64,000 nucleotides of DNA, from assembly GCA_017412055.1 (NCBI GenBank), contig JAFQOW010000015.1:77602-141601 (forward strand), read 5' to 3'. Positions 43,062 to 54,203 of the stretch are shown here, one piece after another. Under the pieces are notes generated by a model that had not been told where the DNA came from, made no database searches, and saw nothing but the letters and a program-made list of their open reading frames with translations. The position numbers were made by a program, and so were the translations under genes. This DNA is from Lachnospiraceae bacterium (GTDB lineage: Bacteria; Bacillota; Clostridia; Lachnospirales; Lachnospiraceae). Position 1 is the first letter of the stretch. Every line of letters starts with the position of its first letter.

Positions 43062-44723
43062 ATGAGCGAGAGACGTTGGTGGAAGGAAGCGGTAATATAT
43101 CAGATTTATCCACGTAGCTTTAATGATAGTGACGGAGATGGTATTGGTGATATTAAAGGTGTCACTGAGAAATTAGATTATTTTAAATGGCTTGGCGTAG
43201 ATGCATTATGGTTAAGTCCAGTATATAAGTCGCCTAATGATGATAATGGTTACGATATTTCCGATTACTATGATATTATGGATGAGTTTGGAACCATGGA
43301 GGATATGGATAATCTTATAGCTGAAGCTAAGAAGCGTGGCATCAAGATTATTATGGATATGGTGTTTAATCATACTTCAGACGAACATCCTTGGTTTATC
43401 GAATCTCGTAAATCTAAAAATAATAAATATAGAGATTACTATGTATGGAGAGATCCTGTGGATGGTAAGGAGCCTAATGATATGGGTTCTGTATTTTCAG
43501 GTAGTGCATGGCAGTTTGATGAGAAGACGGGACAGTATTATCTTCATGTATTTAGTAAGAAACAGCCTGATTTAAATTGGGAAAACGAAAAGGTAAGAAA
43601 AGATATAGCTAAGATAGTAGAATTCTGGCTCGACAAGGGAGTGGAAGGTTTTAGACTTGATGTTATCGAAAATATTGGTAAGATTCCTGATGATATGATA
43701 GTTGCCAATGGACCAAAGCTTCACGATTATATTCATGAATTGTATGAGAAGGGCTTTGATTCTCTCGGTACAGGAAAGGATATAGTGACTATAGGTGAAT
43801 GCTGGTCAGCAAACATTGACATAGCTACACAGTATACTGCACCAGAAAATGAAGAGTTATCTATGGTGTTCCAGTTTGAACATGTCAGCTTAGATGAACA
43901 AAAAGGAAAGGCTAAGTGGGATACAAAGCCATTAGATTTATTAGAGCTTAAGAATGTGTTATTTAAGTGGCAGTTAGAACATACTAAGGGTTGGAATACA
44001 TTGTTCTGGGATAATCATGATTTGCCAAGAATAGTATCTCATTATGGTAATGATACAACATACAGAGTTGAGAGTGCAAAGATGTTTGCGACACTTCTTC
44101 ACGGAATGAAGGGAACACCGTTTATATATCAGGGTGAAGAGATAGGTATGACAAATATAAAGTTTGATGATATTTCAGACTATAGAGATATAGAGACACT
44201 CAATATGTATAAGGAACGTATGGAACAGGGATATGAAGTAGAAGACATAATGAAATCTATCTATATCAAGAGTCGTGATAATGGTAGAACACCTATGCAG
44301 TGGACAAGTGGTAAGAATGGAGGATTTACTACAAGTAATCCTTGGTTGGGTGTAAATCCAAATTATAGAGATATAAATGTTGAGAGCGAATTGGCTGATG
44401 AAAATAGCGTTCTTCATCACTATAAGAAGCTTATTAGCTTAAGAAAAGAAGAAAAAGCATTTGTATATGGAGATTTTAGACCAATTCTTGTTGACGATAA
44501 GGAAATTGTAGCCTATTATAGAGTATATGGTAAGGACAAGTTCTTGGTAATTTGTAATTTCTATGGAAGAGATAGAATTATTGAAATTGCAGATTTTGAT
44601 GGTACAAATGTAAATGTGACAGAAATTATTAGTAATTATTGTGACTCGAGTACAGAACTTGGTAAACTTAAACTTAGACCATATGAATCTGCTATATACA
44701 AAATTGATAGTATTGTACAATAA
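43062..44723 (+). CDS. GH13 alpha-glucosidase / oligo-1,6-glucosidase
   Basis: WWKEAVIYQIYPRSFNDSDGDGIGDIKGV, DMVFNHTSDEHPWF, GFRLDVI, catalytic-region motifs. GGAGG SD before the ATG at 43062. Confidence 0.85.
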   Translation: MSERRWWKEAVIYQIYPRSFNDSDGDGIGDIKGVTEKLDYFKWLGVDALWLSPVYKSPNDDNGYDISDYYDIMDEFGTMEDMDNLIAEAKKRGIKIIMDMVFNHTSDEHPWFIESRKSKNNKYRDYYVWRDPVDGKEPNDMGSVFSGSAWQFDEKTGQYYLHVFSKKQPDLNWENEKVRKDIAKIVEFWLDKGVEGFRLDVIENIGKIPDDMIVANGPKLHDYIHELYEKGFDSLGTGKDIVTIGECWSANIDIATQYTAPENEELSMVFQFEHVSLDEQKGKAKWDTKPLDLLELKNVLFKWQLEHTKGWNTLFWDNHDLPRIVSHYGNDTTYRVESAKMFATLLHGMKGTPFIYQGEEIGMTNIKFDDISDYRDIETLNMYKERMEQGYEVEDIMKSIYIKSRDNGRTPMQWTSGKNGGFTTSNPWLGVNPNYRDINVESELADENSVLHHYKKLISLRKEEKAFVYGDFRPILVDDKEIVAYYRVYGKDKFLVICNFYGRDRIIEIADFDGTNVNVTEIISNYCDSSTELGKLKLRPYESAIYKIDSIVQ

Positions 44724-44878
44724 TCTGTATAAATAATACAAGCAATATCTGGAAAATACTATTATAATTTGTGATACGGTGGGTTAAAATGTTGGGGCTC
44801 ATTAAATATGGAACCTTAAAAACATTATATAAACTAAGATGCGTAGGAGAAGGTTGCATCGAAAAACAGGAGGTAATT

Positions 44879-47134
44879 ATGTTAAAGGAATTTTGTAACA
44901 ACAAGTACGGTAGAGATTTAAGCGCATGCTCTAATGAAGAGATTTATGTAGCACTTCTCGAGATGACAAAGGAACTCTCTAAGAACAGAGTGTCTGAGGA
45001 AGGTAAGAAGAAGATTTACTACATCTCAGCTGAGTTCCTTATCGGTAAGCTTTTATCTAACAACTTAATTAACTTAGGTGTGTTCGCTGAAGTTAAGGCT
45101 GAGTTAGAAGCTGCTGGAAAGAGCATTTATGATATTGAAGAGATCGAGCCAGAACCATCACTTGGTAACGGTGGTCTTGGTAGACTTGCTGCATGTTTCC
45201 TTGATTCTATGGCTAGCATTGGTCTCAACGGTGACGGTATCGGTTTAAATTATCACTTTGGTCTTTTCAAGCAGGTATTCGAGAATAACTTCCAGAAGGA
45301 GACAAAGAATCCTTGGATTGAGAATACAAGCTGGCTTACAAAGACTGATAAGACATACGAAGTTCAGTTCGGTGGATTCTCAGTTAAGTCTGTACTTTAT
45401 GATATAGATGTTACAGGTTATGAGAATAGAACAAATAAGCTTCATTTATTTGATATTGAGTCAATCGATGAGAGCCTTGTTTGGGGTGATGATATTCACT
45501 TCGATAAGACACAGATTGCTAAGAACCTTACATTGTTCTTATATCCAGATGATTCAGATGAAGCTGGTCATATGCTTAGAATTTATCAGCAGTACTTTAT
45601 GGTATCATGTGGTGCTAGATTAATCCTTGATGAAGTTAGAGCTAAGGGCTGCAATCTTCATGATTTACATGAGTATGCTACAATTCAGATTAATGATACA
45701 CATCCTTCAATGGTTATCCCAGAGTTAATTAGACTTCTTACAGCAGAAGGTATCTCACAGGATGAGGCTATTGAAATCGTATCTAAGACTTGTGCATATA
45801 CAAACCACACAATTCTTGCAGAGGCTCTTGAGAAGTGGCCAATCCATTACCTTGAGAGAATCGTACCACAGCTTGTTCCAATCATCAGAGTATTAGATGA
45901 GAGAGTAAAGGCTAAATATAGCGATCCTTCAGTTCATATTATTGATGGACAGGGTAGAGTACACATGGCTCATATGGATATCCACTATGGATATAGCGTA
46001 AATGGTGTTGCTTACCTTCATACAGAAATCTTAAAGAACAGCGAATTAAATAACTTCTACAAGATTTATCCTGAGAAGTTCAATAATAAGACAAACGGTA
46101 TCACATTCAGAAGATGGTTACTTCACTGTAACGAGGACCTTGCAGCTTACATTGAGAAGCTCATCGGACCAGACTTCAAGAAGGATGCTACAAAGCTTGA
46201 AGAATTACTTAAGTTTATCGATGACGAGGAAGTTCTCAATGGAATTCTTGAGACAAAGAAGGCTAGAAAGGTTGTTCTTAAGAACTACTTAAAGGCTACT
46301 CAGAATGTTGACATTGACGAGAACTCAATCTTCGATATCCAGGTTAAGAGACTTCATGAGTATAAGCGTCAGCAGTTAAACGTACTTTATGTAATCCATA
46401 AGTACTTAGAGATTAAGAAGGGCAATAAGCCAGAAACACCTATCACAGTTATCTTCGGTGCTAAGGCTGCTCCAGCTTACCAGATTGCTAAGGATATCAT
46501 TCATGCAATTCTTTGCTTACAGGATATTACAGCTAACGATCCAGAGGTAGCTCCATACCTTAAGGTTGTTATGGTTGAGAACTACAATGTATCTAAGGCT
46601 GCTAAGTTATTCCCAGCTTGTGATATTTCAGAGCAGATTTCACTTGCTTCTAAGGAAGCTTCAGGTACAGGTAACATGAAGTTCATGCTTAATGGTGCTG
46701 TTACACTTGGTACAATGGACGGTGCTAACGTAGAAATCGCTGAGCTCGTTGGTAAGGATAATATCTATACATTCGGTGAGAGCAGTGAACAGGTAATCGA
46801 GCATTACGCTAAGGGTGACTATGTTGCTAAGGATTACTATATCAATGATGCTGATATCAGAGAGTACATCAACTTCCTTATCAGCCCAGAGATGATGAAG
46901 GTTGGTAATGCTTATGTATTATTAAGACTTCATGCAGAGCTTATTCAGAAAGACTGGTTCATGACATTGCTTGATGTTAAGGATTACATCAGAGTTAAGG
47001 AGACAGCTCTTAAGGATTACGCTGATAGAAAGACATGGGCTAAGAAGATGCTTACAAACATCGCTAAGGCAGGATTCTTCTCATCAGATAGAACAATTGA
47101 AGAGTACAACAGAGATATCTGGCACTTATCATAA
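44879..47134 (+). CDS. glgP: glycogen / maltodextrin phosphorylase (GT35)
   Basis: [39 protein letters not shown]-site region [23 protein letters not shown] before the ATG at 44879. The tracked ORF starts at 44771. Confidence 0.9.
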   Translation: MLKEFCNNKYGRDLSACSNEEIYVALLEMTKELSKNRVSEEGKKKIYYISAEFLIGKLLSNNLINLGVFAEVKAELEAAGKSIYDIEEIEPEPSLGNGGLGRLAACFLDSMASIGLNGDGIGLNYHFGLFKQVFENNFQKETKNPWIENTSWLTKTDKTYEVQFGGFSVKSVLYDIDVTGYENRTNKLHLFDIESIDESLVWGDDIHFDKTQIAKNLTLFLYPDDSDEAGHMLRIYQQYFMVSCGARLILDEVRAKGCNLHDLHEYATIQINDTHPSMVIPELIRLLTAEGISQDEAIEIVSKTCAYTNHTILAEALEKWPIHYLERIVPQLVPIIRVLDERVKAKYSDPSVHIIDGQGRVHMAHMDIHYGYSVNGVAYLHTEILKNSELNNFYKIYPEKFNNKTNGITFRRWLLHCNEDLAAYIEKLIGPDFKKDATKLEELLKFIDDEEVLNGILETKKARKVVLKNYLKATQNVDIDENSIFDIQVKRLHEYKRQQLNVLYVIHKYLEIKKGNKPETPITVIFGAKAAPAYQIAKDIIHAILCLQDITANDPEVAPYLKVVMVENYNVSKAAKLFPACDISEQISLASKEASGTGNMKFMLNGAVTLGTMDGANVEIAELVGKDNIYTFGESSEQVIEHYAKGDYVAKDYYINDADIREYINFLISPEMMKVGNAYVLLRLHAELIQKDWFMTLLDVKDYIRVKETALKDYADRKTWAKKMLTNIAKAGFFSSDRTIEEYNRDIWHLS

Positions 47135-47160
47135 TAAGAAATAAAATATTTCACATATTA

Positions 47161-47187
47161 CCCTCGGTCATAAGACCGAGGGTTTTT
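47161..47187 (+). terminator. rho-independent terminator of glgP
   Basis: CCCTCGGTCataaGACCGAGGGTTTTT. Confidence 0.85.
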
Positions 47188-47860
47188 GCATCTATCTCCC
47201 CTGCCATCACATTCCATTATATAATTCATATTATCGGAATTTTATAAATTATATGAAACGATTTTCTGCCATATACGTATATGACTGCGTACGAAGTATC
47301 CATCTATTTTTTACCGCCTCTCGAGGGTTCCGATGATTTGCTTATATGCCCCTCTTGATACTAAGGCTGTGTGTATTTTCGTTAAAAACACAACATAGCT
47401 AGTGGTGTTCACAGGACGCGGACAACGATTCGATTTTCTATTTTCAGTATCCCACACCAAAGAATGCTTATTATCCACCTGCCGCCATAACTCATCAGCT
47501 TGGCCGATTAACTCTCGCGCAGCGAGAGTAGCCAAGCTTCTTCAAACAGTATTCTGGCAGGTGGGCATTATCTTTGATGTGGGATGCTGAAAATTTAACG
47601 AAAATCTCCATATGTTGTCCGCCGTCCTGCGAACATCCACTTAGCTAAGGTTGTGTTTTATCGAAAATATCACACAGTAATAAACTTGTATCAAGAGGGC
47701 ATTTAGCAAATCACGGGTTCATCGAAACAGCGGTAAAAAGTAGATGGATATTCGTAGCAGTATTTTACTGTGTATAAGCAGAAAATCGTTATTTAATACA
47801 CATAATATTCCGATAATATGAATTATGAAAAGACAGATGGTGGCAGGGGGGATAGATGCA
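47188..47860. repeat. ~670-bp imperfect palindrome: inverted arms of ~335 bp each at ~75-80% identity, centred near 47524, relatively GC-rich
   Basis: Three segment pairs were checked by eye. rc(47730-47860) aligns to 47188-47318. rc(47545-47729) aligns to 47319-47490. The central ATAACTCATCAGCTTGGCCGATTAACTCTCGCGCagCGAGAGTAGCCAAGCTTCTTC is partly self-complementary. Confidence 0.8.
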
Positions 47861-47939
47861 AAAAAAGGTTGATATTTTGCCTGAGAAATATTAAAATACA
47901 ATAGTATTAATGTATATTCTGAACATTTGGAGGAAGCTA

Positions 47940-49469
47940 ATGTATAAAATATTAGTTTGTGATGACGAGAAGATAGAAAGAAAAGGAGTTATATTCCTTT
48001 TTAAACAGATGGATATAGACTGTGAAATAGAAGAAATTGTCAATGGCCAGGCTGCTCTAGAGTATTTGGAAACACATGAGGTAGATATATTGCTTACTGA
48101 TGTGAAGATGCCACATATGGATGGAATGGAGCTTATTAAGAAGATTAAGGAAAGAAACCTTAATCCAAATATGAAGATAATTATCGTAAGTGGATACAGT
48201 GATTTTGAGTACGCTAAGCTTGCAGTTAAGCTTGGTGTATCCGATTATATACTTAAGCCTGTAGACCCTAAGGAATTTGAACCTACATTGAGAAAGCTTC
48301 TTGATGAATTAGATAGTCAGAAGTATGAAAAGGATTTAAAAGAGAAGAGTATGTCCTTTATGAAACAGCATTATTTGTATTCTCTCGTAAATGGCTTGAA
48401 TGCAAAAGAGGTTGAAGACCTTGGCTTGTCTAAGGGCGAATTAAATGTTGATTATCATAGACTTATGCTTTTGGAGTTTGAACAGAGCTTTTTTGGTAAG
48501 TCAGATGATGGATTTATGCAGAATTTGCATGAATGTATAGAGGATGCAGAGTTTCAGTATCTTAATTTGAATACGGATCAGTGTGTTATTTTCTTTGACA
48601 AGATGGAAACTGATGAAAGATATTGGAAGGAAATGGCTTCTAAGATTCAGAAGATGATTTTGAATAAATATAAAATGACAGTTTATATTGCTATCTCTAA
48701 GGAATTTGAAGATGTGAGAGATGTAACTGCAGCATTTGAGGAAACAGAAAATCTTATGGAAAATAGATTTTATGTAACTGAGTCTAAAATATATATTTCC
48801 TATGCTGATGATAAAGTAGCCATAGATGAACATGCGGATGATGATACTCTTATGAAGCAGATGAAGCAGGATATTAAGATGAAGGATACAGAAAATCTTA
48901 AGGTTCATTTTGCAAAGCTTTGTGCTAAGTATAAGAAGAAAAATGATTTTTCTCAGGTATATATTAAATTTATATTCTCCAACTTACTTAAGGATTTTTA
49001 TGATAATTTACCAGATGTTGGAGCACGTGATTTGAATAGTGAGATTGAAAGACTTTATAAGTCAGCAGATTTTCAGACAGTTATAGATATTGTTAATGTG
49101 AACATAAAGAGACTTGAGGAAACCTTCCAGTCAAATCCACAGATGATTCACAGAGAAATAGAAAGTGTTAAACAATATATCTATGAGCATTATGGTGAGG
49201 AAATCAGTGTTGAATATCTTGCAGATTTGGTTTATATGGCACCTAGCTACTTAAGCTGCGTGTTTAAGAAGGAAACAGGACAGAATCTTAGTAAGTTTAT
49301 TAAGGCTTATCGAATGGAGAAAGCTAAGGAAATGCTTGAAGAAAGCCATAAGAAAATTGTAACTATTAGTAACGAAGTTGGATATCCAAATGTATCTTAT
49401 TTCTGTCAGAGTTTTAGAGAGTATTTTGGAATAAGTCCTCAGAAATTTAGAAGTCAGGGGGAGAAGTAG
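47940..49469 (+). CDS. two-component response regulator (CheY-like receiver + AraC-type HTH; YesN-like)
   Basis: Receiver MYKILVCDDE...DILLTDVKMPHMDG. C-terminal HTH_AraC. GGAGG SD before 47940. Confidence 0.85.
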   Translation: MYKILVCDDEKIERKGVIFLFKQMDIDCEIEEIVNGQAALEYLETHEVDILLTDVKMPHMDGMELIKKIKERNLNPNMKIIIVSGYSDFEYAKLAVKLGVSDYILKPVDPKEFEPTLRKLLDELDSQKYEKDLKEKSMSFMKQHYLYSLVNGLNAKEVEDLGLSKGELNVDYHRLMLLEFEQSFFGKSDDGFMQNLHECIEDAEFQYLNLNTDQCVIFFDKMETDERYWKEMASKIQKMILNKYKMTVYIAISKEFEDVRDVTAAFEETENLMENRFYVTESKIYISYADDKVAIDEHADDDTLMKQMKQDIKMKDTENLKVHFAKLCAKYKKKNDFSQVYIKFIFSNLLKDFYDNLPDVGARDLNSEIERLYKSADFQTVIDIVNVNIKRLEETFQSNPQMIHREIESVKQYIYEHYGEEISVEYLADLVYMAPSYLSCVFKKETGQNLSKFIKAYRMEKAKEMLEESHKKIVTISNEVGYPNVSYFCQSFREYFGISPQKFRSQGEK

Positions 49470-51191
49470 TTGTTTAAAAAGTATTTTTCATTTTTGAACA
49501 ATATGAAGGTTCGTAATAAGCTTATTATGATTTACTGTGTAATAGGAATTATTCCTATGCTTGTAATTGTTGTTGTATGTGCGTTTCTTTTGTCGGATAT
49601 ATTACGAGAAAGAGAGGAACAAAATTTACAAACATATCTTAAACAAGCTACATATTCGGTTGATTCAGAATTGATAACATATAATAATTTGTCTAGTTAT
49701 ATATCGTTTAATGAGATAATCGGTAAGGTGCTTACTGCGAAATATGACAATACTTATGATATGTACGAACAAATAACAACTATTGTAAAGCCACAGCTAG
49801 AAACTGTGGCTTATTTTGGAGATAGTGTTAAGCAAGCTACATTTTATATGGATTTATATGGTAAAACGATTGGCGATGTTATTGTTCCTTTGTCTGAAAT
49901 AAAAAATGAATATTGGTATAAAGAGGTATGTAAGGATGTAAATCCTCACTGGTATGTGGATATGGAGAATAAACTGGTATTTTCGGTAAGGCGCTCTGCT
50001 ATTTTGAAAAAAAATGGCGTATTAGGTCTTTTGTATATATCAGTGGATTACGATGAATTGTTTAAAGGCCTTACTTATAATATGGGGACGAATTATGGAA
50101 TGTTTATCGTAGATAATAATGATAATGTAGTATATGAAACATGTACTTTTGAAGAGAAGTATGCACAGTATCATCTTGAATACAAAGATTTTAAAAGCTT
50201 AGAAACGAAATCGAAATATAAAGTGTTGAGCGAAGATTTTGAGCAAACCAACTGGACTATATATTTATATAAACCAGATGTTTCTATAATAAGTGACACA
50301 AGACCGATTAAATTATTGGCAACAGTCGTTATAATTGTGGGTATTGCAACATTGTGTCTTGGTATGGTATGGGTTGGAAGATTTATTACAAAGAGACTTT
50401 CGTATTTGAGAAAAGGAATGGTAGCAGCAGAGGAAGGTGATTTTAGCCTGAGACTTGAAGATGAGTATAATGATGAGATTGGTAAAGTTATAAGTGGCTA
50501 CAATACGCTTCTTGGAAAGATACAGACCTTGATAAAGGAAGTATATGAAAGCGAAATTATACAAAAGAAATATGAGATGAAGGCGTTACAGAATCAGATA
50601 AATCCACACTTCTTATACAATACATTATCACTTATTAATTGGAAAGCTATAGAAAATGGTAATAAGGATATAAGTGAAATAACACTTGCACTGTCGCATT
50701 TTTATCGAACGTCATTAAATAAAGGGAAAAATGTATTGCCTATTTCTGATGAAATAAAAAATGTGAAATCATACATTGCAGTACAGCTATTTATGCATGA
50801 TTATGGTTTTGATGTGGAATATGATATAGATGAAGAAATTTTAAAATATGATTCTCTTAATCTTATTCTTCAGCCGATTGTTGAGAATGCCATAGAACAT
50901 GGTTTGGAAGTGATGAATGAGGACAAACGTGGAATTATAACTATAAAAGGTTGGCTAGATAATGATAAAATATATATTAGTGTGACGGATAATGGCGTAG
51001 GAATGGATGAAGAAAAAGCAGCGTCTATAATTACTCAGCATTCAAAAGGCTACGGGATTCGTAATGTAAATGAGAGAATACATCTATTTTATGGCAAAGA
51101 ATATGGTTTGACGGTTCATAGTGAAATAAATATAGGGACTACTATTACTGTATGTATACCGGCTAATTGTGCATTGTGTTTAGAAAAGTAA
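49470..51191 (+). CDS. sensor histidine kinase (YesM-like: 2 TM + HAMP + His_kinase + HATPase_c)
   Basis: H-box NQINPHFLYNTLSLINW. HATPase motifs (ENAIEHG, DNGVGMD, GYGIRNV). TTG start overlapping the RR stop, with AGGGGGAG SD. Confidence 0.85.
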   Translation: MFKKYFSFLNNMKVRNKLIMIYCVIGIIPMLVIVVVCAFLLSDILREREEQNLQTYLKQATYSVDSELITYNNLSSYISFNEIIGKVLTAKYDNTYDMYEQITTIVKPQLETVAYFGDSVKQATFYMDLYGKTIGDVIVPLSEIKNEYWYKEVCKDVNPHWYVDMENKLVFSVRRSAILKKNGVLGLLYISVDYDELFKGLTYNMGTNYGMFIVDNNDNVVYETCTFEEKYAQYHLEYKDFKSLETKSKYKVLSEDFEQTNWTIYLYKPDVSIISDTRPIKLLATVVIIVGIATLCLGMVWVGRFITKRLSYLRKGMVAAEEGDFSLRLEDEYNDEIGKVISGYNTLLGKIQTLIKEVYESEIIQKKYEMKALQNQINPHFLYNTLSLINWKAIENGNKDISEITLALSHFYRTSLNKGKNVLPISDEIKNVKSYIAVQLFMHDYGFDVEYDIDEEILKYDSLNLILQPIVENAIEHGLEVMNEDKRGIITIKGWLDNDKIYISVTDNGVGMDEEKAASIITQHSKGYGIRNVNERIHLFYGKEYGLTVHSEINIGTTITVCIPANCALCLEK

Positions 51192-51388
51192 TATGTAAAA
51201 AAATAATACTTGACAAATATTGTGCAATATGTATAAAAATGTGAATGTTGTAATACTAAAATATTAATATTAAATAATAAAAAAACAACATATTTCTATA
51301 AATTTTAATATATATTTTATATGTATTAAACATTATAATAGTTTCATACGAATTGCCTCGATGATACATCGGAAAGGCAAAAAAAAAT

Positions 51389-51401
51389 TGCATTTAATGC
51401 A
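51389..51401 (+). promoter_or_regulatory. 13-bp palindrome TGCATTtAATGCA immediately upstream of the SD of the sugar-binding protein gene (candidate operator)
   Basis: Perfect odd-length palindrome. Preceded by a TTGACA-N17-TATAAA promoter-like element at 51222-51250. Confidence 0.3.
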
Positions 51402-51416
51402 TATAGGAGGAAAAAA

Positions 51417-52706
51417 ATGAAGATTAAGAAGTTAACAGCACTTGCTATGACTACAGCAATGTGCGCAGCAACAATTTTTGGTTGTGGTGGCTCTGACGAT
51501 AAGAAAGAGACAACTACAGCACCGGGTGCAACAACACAGGAAGGCGGCGAGACAACAACAGCTGCTCAGGAAGAAGCTCTTACAGCTGAGCTTAAGGTAT
51601 GGTGTCCAGCAGAGGATCAGGAGTCTGGTTGGATGAACAAGATGCTTGAGAACTTTAAGGCAGCTCACCCAACATGGAACCTCACATTCACAGTTGAGAC
51701 ATGTTCAGAAGGTGATGCAGGTAAGAATGTAAAACAGGATCCTACAGTTGCAGGTGATGTTTATTTCTTCGCTAACGATCAGTTAATCGACCTTATCAAT
51801 TCAGATGGTATTGCTAAGCTTGGTGGTTCAACAGCTGATTATGTTAAGAGCACAAATAGCGAGAAGCTTGTAGCTACAGTTACACAGAACGGTGATATCT
51901 ATGGTATTCCATTCACAGATAATACATGGTTTATGTATTACAACAAGAGCATCTTCACAGAAGATGATGTAAAGAACCTTGATACAATGCTTTCAAAGGC
52001 TAAGGTAGCATTCCCTCTTACAAACACATGGTACTTCCAGGCATTCTACGCTGCTGTAGGTGGTGTATTCTGTGGTGCTAATGGTGACGATGAGGCTGCT
52101 GGTATTGTTCTTGGTGACAATGCAAAGGCTGCTACAAAGTACATTGTTAACTTAGTAAACAACCCTAACTTCGTAAACGATGCTGACGGTGTTGGTATAG
52201 CAGGTCTTGGTGATGGTTCAATCGGTGCTTTCTTCTCAGGTACATGGGATTACCAGAACGTTGTTAAAGCAATCGGTGAAGAGAATGTTGGTATCTGTCA
52301 GCTTCCTACAATTACTGTAGATGGTAAGGATTACACACTTAAGGCATTTGCTGGTTCAAAGGCTATCGGTGTTAACCCTAACTGTCAGAATCAGAAGGTT
52401 GCTGTTGCTTTAGCTCAGTACTTAGCAAGCGAAGAAGCTCAGTTAGCTCATTATGAGATGAGAGGTATCATCCCATGTAACACAACATTACTTGCTACAG
52501 AAGCTTTACAGAAGGATGCTTTAGCTCAGGCTCAGGCAAACACAGTTGCTAATACATCTATCAACCAGCCAGTTAATACAACATTCAACACATACTGGTG
52601 GTCAGTAGCTGGTACTATGTCTACAAACATCTACAATAAGGAAATCACACTTGATAATGCTGATGCTAAGACAGATGAGTTCCAGAGTGCTCTTAAGGGC
52701 GAATAA
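51417..52706 (+). CDS. ABC transporter substrate-binding lipoprotein (maltodextrin/oligosaccharide-type)
   Basis: Lipobox IFGCGG. Family-1 solute-binding protein. AGGAGG SD. Confidence 0.85.
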   Translation: MKIKKLTALAMTTAMCAATIFGCGGSDDKKETTTAPGATTQEGGETTTAAQEEALTAELKVWCPAEDQESGWMNKMLENFKAAHPTWNLTFTVETCSEGDAGKNVKQDPTVAGDVYFFANDQLIDLINSDGIAKLGGSTADYVKSTNSEKLVATVTQNGDIYGIPFTDNTWFMYYNKSIFTEDDVKNLDTMLSKAKVAFPLTNTWYFQAFYAAVGGVFCGANGDDEAAGIVLGDNAKAATKYIVNLVNNPNFVNDADGVGIAGLGDGSIGAFFSGTWDYQNVVKAIGEENVGICQLPTITVDGKDYTLKAFAGSKAIGVNPNCQNQKVAVALAQYLASEEAQLAHYEMRGIIPCNTTLLATEALQKDALAQAQANTVANTSINQPVNTTFNTYWWSVAGTMSTNIYNKEITLDNADAKTDEFQSALKGE

Positions 52707-52752
52707 TTAATTGGTTCGCATATAAGATAGTTATATCTTGAAAATGTAAAAT

Positions 52753-52797
52753 ATCTCCATGGTATCAGCAATGTACCGATGCCATGGAGATTTTTTT
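52753..52797 (+). terminator. rho-independent terminator/attenuator between the binding-protein and permease genes
   Basis: ATCTCCATGGTATCagcaatgtaccGATGCCATGGAGATTTTTTT. Confidence 0.75.
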
Positions 52798-52816
52798 AAG
52801 ACAGCGAGGTGGAATT

Positions 52817-54202
52817 GTGAAAAATATTTTTAAAAGAAAACCATCAGATTTCCCAACGGAGTATACTGTAAGTAATGCCTTTAAAAAAGGTGATGCACTT
52901 ACAAAGTTATCATTTCTTTTATTAGGTGTTGGCAATGTTGCCAAGAAACAGGTGGTTAAGGGAATTCTCTTTTTAATTACAGAATTAGCTTATATTGGTT
53001 ATATGATATCGTATGGTTTCTATTCATTAAAGGAACTTACGACACTTGGACATTATGAAAAAATAGAAACATGGTCTGAGGAAGATGGATGTTATATATA
53101 TGAACAGGTGGGTATTGAATCAATTCAAGTGCTTCTTTTTGGTGTGTTCACGATTATTTTAACATTACTCTTTATTGCTTTTTGGCGTGAGTGTGTTAAG
53201 AGTGCTTATAAAGCGCAGTGTTTAGCTAAGGAAGGTAAGCATATTAATTCATTTAAGGATGATATTAAAGATTTATTCAATGTAAATTTGCATAAGTTAT
53301 TGCTTACTTTACCACTTGCGGGTATACTTACATTTTCAGTATTGCCGTTGATATTTATGATACTTCAGGCGTTTACAAATTACTCAGATGTAGATAATAA
53401 ATTATTGAAATTTGATTGGACTGGATTTGATGCATTTAAGCAGGTTCTTAGCTTAAAGGGTGATATCGGTAGACAGTTCTGGTCAGTTTTACTTTGGACA
53501 GTTATTTGGGCAATTTTTGCAACAGTATTGAATTATATCTTCGGTATGATTCTTGCTCTTGTTATCAATAGAAAAGGAACTAGATGTAAGGGTATGTGGA
53601 GATTCTTCTTCATCTTATCTATTGCTATACCACAGTTCGTATCGTTACTTATCGTAAGAACAATGCTTAAGGATAACGGTGCTATCAATAACATACTTAT
53701 GGATTGGGGTCTTATTGATACACCATTACCATTCTGGACAAATGCTACATGGGCAAGAGTTACAGTTATCGTTGTAAACTTATGGGTAGGTATACCATAT
53801 ACAATGCTTCAGATGACAGGTATTTTACAGAATATTCCAGCAGATCTTTATGAGGCAGCTAGAGTAGACGGAGCTAATTCATTTGTTGTATTCTTTAAGA
53901 TTACACTTCCATATATGCTCTTCGTAACTATGCCACATCTTATTACAACATTTACAGGAAATATAAATAACTTTAACGTTATTTATCTCTTGTCAGGTGG
54001 TGGACCAGCGTCCGAACATCTAAAAGATACAGCCGGACAGACAGATTTGCTTGTTACATGGTTATATAAGTTAACTATTGATCAAAATGATTTTAACATC
54101 GGTGCAGTTATTGGTATTATGACATTCATAGTACTTGCTATCGTTTCATTAGTAACTTATAGGAATACAAATTCTTATAAGGACGAGGAGGGATTCCAGT
54201 AA
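52817..54202 (+). CDS. sugar ABC transporter permease (MalF-like, extended N-terminus)
   Basis: ABC-TMD signature region (EAARVDGANSFVVFFKITLP). The GTG at 52817 with GAGG SD is the chosen start. The tracked ATG at 52784 lies inside the terminator stem. Confidence 0.8.
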   Translation: MKNIFKRKPSDFPTEYTVSNAFKKGDALTKLSFLLLGVGNVAKKQVVKGILFLITELAYIGYMISYGFYSLKELTTLGHYEKIETWSEEDGCYIYEQVGIESIQVLLFGVFTIILTLLFIAFWRECVKSAYKAQCLAKEGKHINSFKDDIKDLFNVNLHKLLLTLPLAGILTFSVLPLIFMILQAFTNYSDVDNKLLKFDWTGFDAFKQVLSLKGDIGRQFWSVLLWTVIWAIFATVLNYIFGMILALVINRKGTRCKGMWRFFFILSIAIPQFVSLLIVRTMLKDNGAINNILMDWGLIDTPLPFWTNATWARVTVIVVNLWVGIPYTMLQMTGILQNIPADLYEAARVDGANSFVVFFKITLPYMLFVTMPHLITTFTGNINNFNVIYLLSGGGPASEHLKDTAGQTDLLVTWLYKLTIDQNDFNIGAVIGIMTFIVLAIVSLVTYRNTNSYKDEEGFQ

Positions 54203-54203
54203 A

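Noticed and set aside
47311-47590. Two tracked ORFs (74 aa minus strand, 62 aa plus strand) inside the 670-bp palindrome
   Set aside because: They are mirror images produced by the inverted repeat, lack SD sequences and have no recognisable protein features. The region is better explained as non-coding structured DNA or RNA.
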